Origin: an uncultured Chloroflexia bacterium
GTDB lineage: Bacteria; Chloroflexota; Limnocylindria; Limnocylindrales; CSP1-4
Assembly (NCBI GenBank): GCA_963746845.1
Contig: CAVVCZ010000006.1
Coordinates: 409,008-473,007, forward strand
Direction of reading: 5' to 3'
Length of the DNA stretch: 64,000 nucleotides
A program made the position numbers and the translations under genes. Below the pieces are notes generated by a model. That model made no database searches. It saw only the letters and a program-made list of their open reading frames with translations, and had not been told where the DNA came from. Positions 61,745-64,000 of this stretch are shown one piece after another (the first letter of the stretch is position 1; the number at the start of each line of letters is the position of its first letter).

Positions 61745-62766
61745 GCCTCCACCCACCGCCCCCGCCGGACGAGCCGGTCCCACCGATCCTCCTCGAGCCC
61801 CCGGCCCGACCGAGCCGGCTGCCCGCCGCCCCGCCGGAGCCGCCGCGCGCCCCGGTCGAGCTGACCATCGACGGCGTCGCCGTCAGCGTGCCCGCCGGCT
61901 CGACGATCCTCGACGCCTGCCGTGCCCAGGGGATCGACACGCCGACCCTCTGCTACCTCGAGAACCTGACGCCGGTCAACGTCTGTCGCGTCTGCGTGGT
62001 CGAGGTCACGGGCTCGCGCGTCCTCGTCCCGGCCTGCTCGCGCAAGGCCGAGCCGGGGATGGAGGTCCAGACCGACACGGACCGGGTTCGCCTCAGCCGG
62101 AAGATGGTCCTCGAGTTCCTCGGCTCGTCGGTCGACCTGTCGACGGCACCGTCGGCGCTGGACTACATCGATCGCTACGACGCGGATCCCGACCGGTACG
62201 GCCCGCCCGCCGCGCCCGCCGGAGCCGGCGAGCGCGACGCCCACGAGGCCGGTCACCACCACGCGCCGCCGGTCGATTCCGCGCAGACCGTCCACCAGCC
62301 GGTCAAGGTGGACAACGAGCTGTACGTCCGCGACTACGCGAAGTGCATCCTCTGCTACAAGTGCGTCGAGGCGTGCGGCGAGGATGCCCAGAACACGTTC
62401 GCGATCGCCGTCGCCGGCCGCGGGTTCGACGCCCGGATCTCGACGGAGGCGGCGGTCCCGCTGCCGGACAGCGCGTGCGTCTACTGCGGCAACTGCATCG
62501 GGGTCTGCCCCACCGGTGCGCTGATGTTCCGGTCCGAGCACGAGATGCGCGCGGCCGGCACGTGGGACGAGGGCGCCCAGACCATGACGGAGACGATCTG
62601 CCCCTACTGCGGCGTCGGCTGCTCGCTGGAGCTCCACGTCCAGGACAACGAGATCGTGAAGGTCACCTCGCCGCTCGACTCGTCGGTCACCGACGGCCAC
62701 CTCTGCATCAAGGGCCGGTTCGGCTTCCAGTTCGTCCAGAACCGCGGGCCGCGCGACAACCCGTGA
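61741..62766 (+). CDS. NuoG/FdsA-type Fe-S subunit: 2Fe-2S + 4Fe-4S ferredoxin domains + Mo-proximal [4Fe-4S] domain, truncated before the molybdopterin domain
   Basis: GTGA overlap with the NuoEF gene. CYLENLTPVNVCRVCVVE...PAC; CILCYKCVEAC and CVYCGNCIGVCP; then ICPYCGVGCSLELHV...GHLCIKGRFGFQFVQNRGPRDNP*, the Molybdop_Fe4S4 domain. The stop comes where FdsA/FdhF homologues continue into the catalytic domain. Confidence 0.88.
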
Positions 62767-62801
62767 TCACGCCGGCGACGACGATCGGCTGAGCGGGCGG
62801 G

Positions 62802-63374
62802 ATGACCACGCCTCGTCGCGGTCGGATCATCCTCCTGAACGGCACGTCCTCGAGCGGCAAGACGACGCTGGTGCGGGCCCTCCAGGCGGTCCTCCTCGAT
62901 CCATGGCTGGAGATCGGCATCGATCGCTTCGTGTTCGCCCTGCCCCGCCAGTACCGGGACCAGCCGCTGTGGTCCGAGGTCTTCCGGTACGTCCGGGAGC
63001 CGGGCGCCGCCGCCGATCGCTTCACGATCGAGACCGGCCCGCTCGGGGAGCGAATCGTGAGCGGGATGCACCGGACGGTTGCGGCGCTCGCGCACGAGGG
63101 CCTCGACGTCGTCGTCGACCACGTCCTGCTCGAGAGCGGGTGGCTCGCCGAGTGCCGCAGGCTCTGGGCGCCGTACCGGCTGCTGACGGTCGGCGTCCGC
63201 TGCCCGCTCGAGATCGTGATCGAGCGCGAGCGCGCCCGTGGCGATCGGACGATCGGGCAGGCCGCGGCGCAATACGCCGTCGTCCACCGATGGGGCGGCT
63301 ACGACCTCGAGGTGGACACCTCGACGACGACGCCGGAGCTGGCCGCGACCCGGATCGCCCTCGCCGTCGGCTGA
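62802..63374 (+). CDS. chloramphenicol-phosphotransferase-like (CPT family) P-loop kinase
   Basis: IILLNGTSSSGKTTLVRALQ...WLEIGIDRF...VVVDHVLL...VGVRCPLEIVIERERARGDR...VHRWGGYDLEVDT. Confidence 0.82.
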   Translation: MTTPRRGRIILLNGTSSSGKTTLVRALQAVLLDPWLEIGIDRFVFALPRQYRDQPLWSEVFRYVREPGAAADRFTIETGPLGERIVSGMHRTVAALAHEGLDVVVDHVLLESGWLAECRRLWAPYRLLTVGVRCPLEIVIERERARGDRTIGQAAAQYAVVHRWGGYDLEVDTSTTTPELAATRIALAVG

Positions 63375-63398
63375 TTGCGCACGGGCCTGGCCCGTTCC

Positions 63399-64000
63399 TC
63401 AGTCGAAGCCGAGCAGGTCCCGCAGGTCGATCCGCTCGTCGTGGGCGTAGACGTTGAAGCCGTCGCCGCGCAGGAACCCGACGAGGGTCACCCCGAGACG
63501 GTCCGCCGCCTGGATCGCCAGGTCGCTCGGCGCCGAGACGGCGCACAGGATCGGGATCCCGGCGACCGCGGCCTTCTGGACGATCTCGAAGCTCACCCGG
63601 CCGCTGACCATGAGGATCCGGCCGTGGAGCGGCACCGTCTTCGCGAGGACCTGCGAGCCGACCAGCTTGTCGAGCGCGTTGTGCCGGCCGACGTCCTCAC
63701 GCAGCGCGAGGAGCTCGCCGCTCGGCGTGAACAGCCCGGCGGCATGGAGGCCGCCGGTCTCGTCGAACGCGCGCTGCGCCGCACGGAGCAGATCGGGCAG
63801 CGCGAGGATCACCGTCCGGGAGACGACGGGCCCGTCCGGGATCGGATCGGATCGGACCGCGATCTCGTCGAGCGACGCCTTGCCGCAGATGCCGCAGGAC
63901 GCGGTGGCGACGAAGTGGCGCTCGGCGACCCGGGAGGCATCGAACGGACGGGCGAGGTGGACGGTGACCTGGTCGTCCGGCTGGTTCATCGCCTCGGGGT
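63399..64000 (-). CDS. fdhD: formate dehydrogenase accessory sulfurtransferase FdhD (5' end outside window)
   Basis: ASCGICGKASLDE, EDVGRHNALDKL, MVSGRVSFEIVQKA. The frame stays open to the window edge, and homologues carry ~80 more N-terminal residues. Confidence 0.88.
   Translation of the reverse strand, partial: PEAMNQPDDQVTVHLARPFDASRVAERHFVATASCGICGKASLDEIAVRSDPIPDGPVVSRTVILALPDLLRAAQRAFDETGGLHAAGLFTPSGELLALREDVGRHNALDKLVGSQVLAKTVPLHGRILMVSGRVSFEIVQKAAVAGIPILCAVSAPSDLAIQAADRLGVTLVGFLRGDGFNVYAHDERIDLRDLLGFD

Noticed and set aside
62764-62766. TGA stop of the truncated FDH Fe-S gene as a possible second selenocysteine or read-through site
   Set aside because: The downstream frame gives only 12 Arg-rich codons before another stop. 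There is no SECIS-like hairpin, and no homology continues.

Overview
High-GC (~70%) bacterial chromosomal window with Actinomycetota/Chloroflexota-like gene content; taxon not determinable from sequence alone. It is densely coding, about 65 protein genes plus one tRNA. I found no rRNA, CRISPR array, transposase or integrase. Many long ORFs in the track are antisense or out-of-frame shadows typical of GC-rich DNA, so I called genes from recognisable motifs, wobble-position GC, Shine-Dalgarno sites and ATGA/GTGA start-stop overlaps.

Main blocks:
(1) 0.5-6.2 kb, minus strand: ECF sigma/anti-sigma pair, EamA transporter and an ABC-2 exporter. Two of these genes carry frameshifts.
(2) 7.1-9.0 kb: pseudouridine catabolism (psuG-psuK).
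(3) 9.2-22.4 kb: a co-directional pentose-phosphate cluster (tkt, rpiB, amidase, pgi, gnd, zwf, opcA, pgl), followed by GNAT, hydrolase and citrate synthase genes.
(4) 22-47 kb: mixed transporters, regulators and hydrolases, plus an SbcC/SbcD-like pair whose ATPase has a membrane hairpin.
(5) 47.2-64 kb: a selenium/formate dehydrogenase island. It holds mobA-selB-selA-tRNA(Sec) divergent from MFS-selD-GT2, then a selenocysteine (in-frame UGA plus SECIS) formate dehydrogenase catalytic gene, a NuoE/NuoF fusion, a separate Fe-S gene and fdhD.

The most unusual observation is that the FdsA-type formate dehydrogenase alpha subunit is split into two genes, in reversed order and about 5.4 kb apart. 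The cut falls exactly between the Mo-proximal [4Fe-4S] domain and the molybdopterin domain. Also notable is a GT2 glycosyltransferase translationally coupled to selD.
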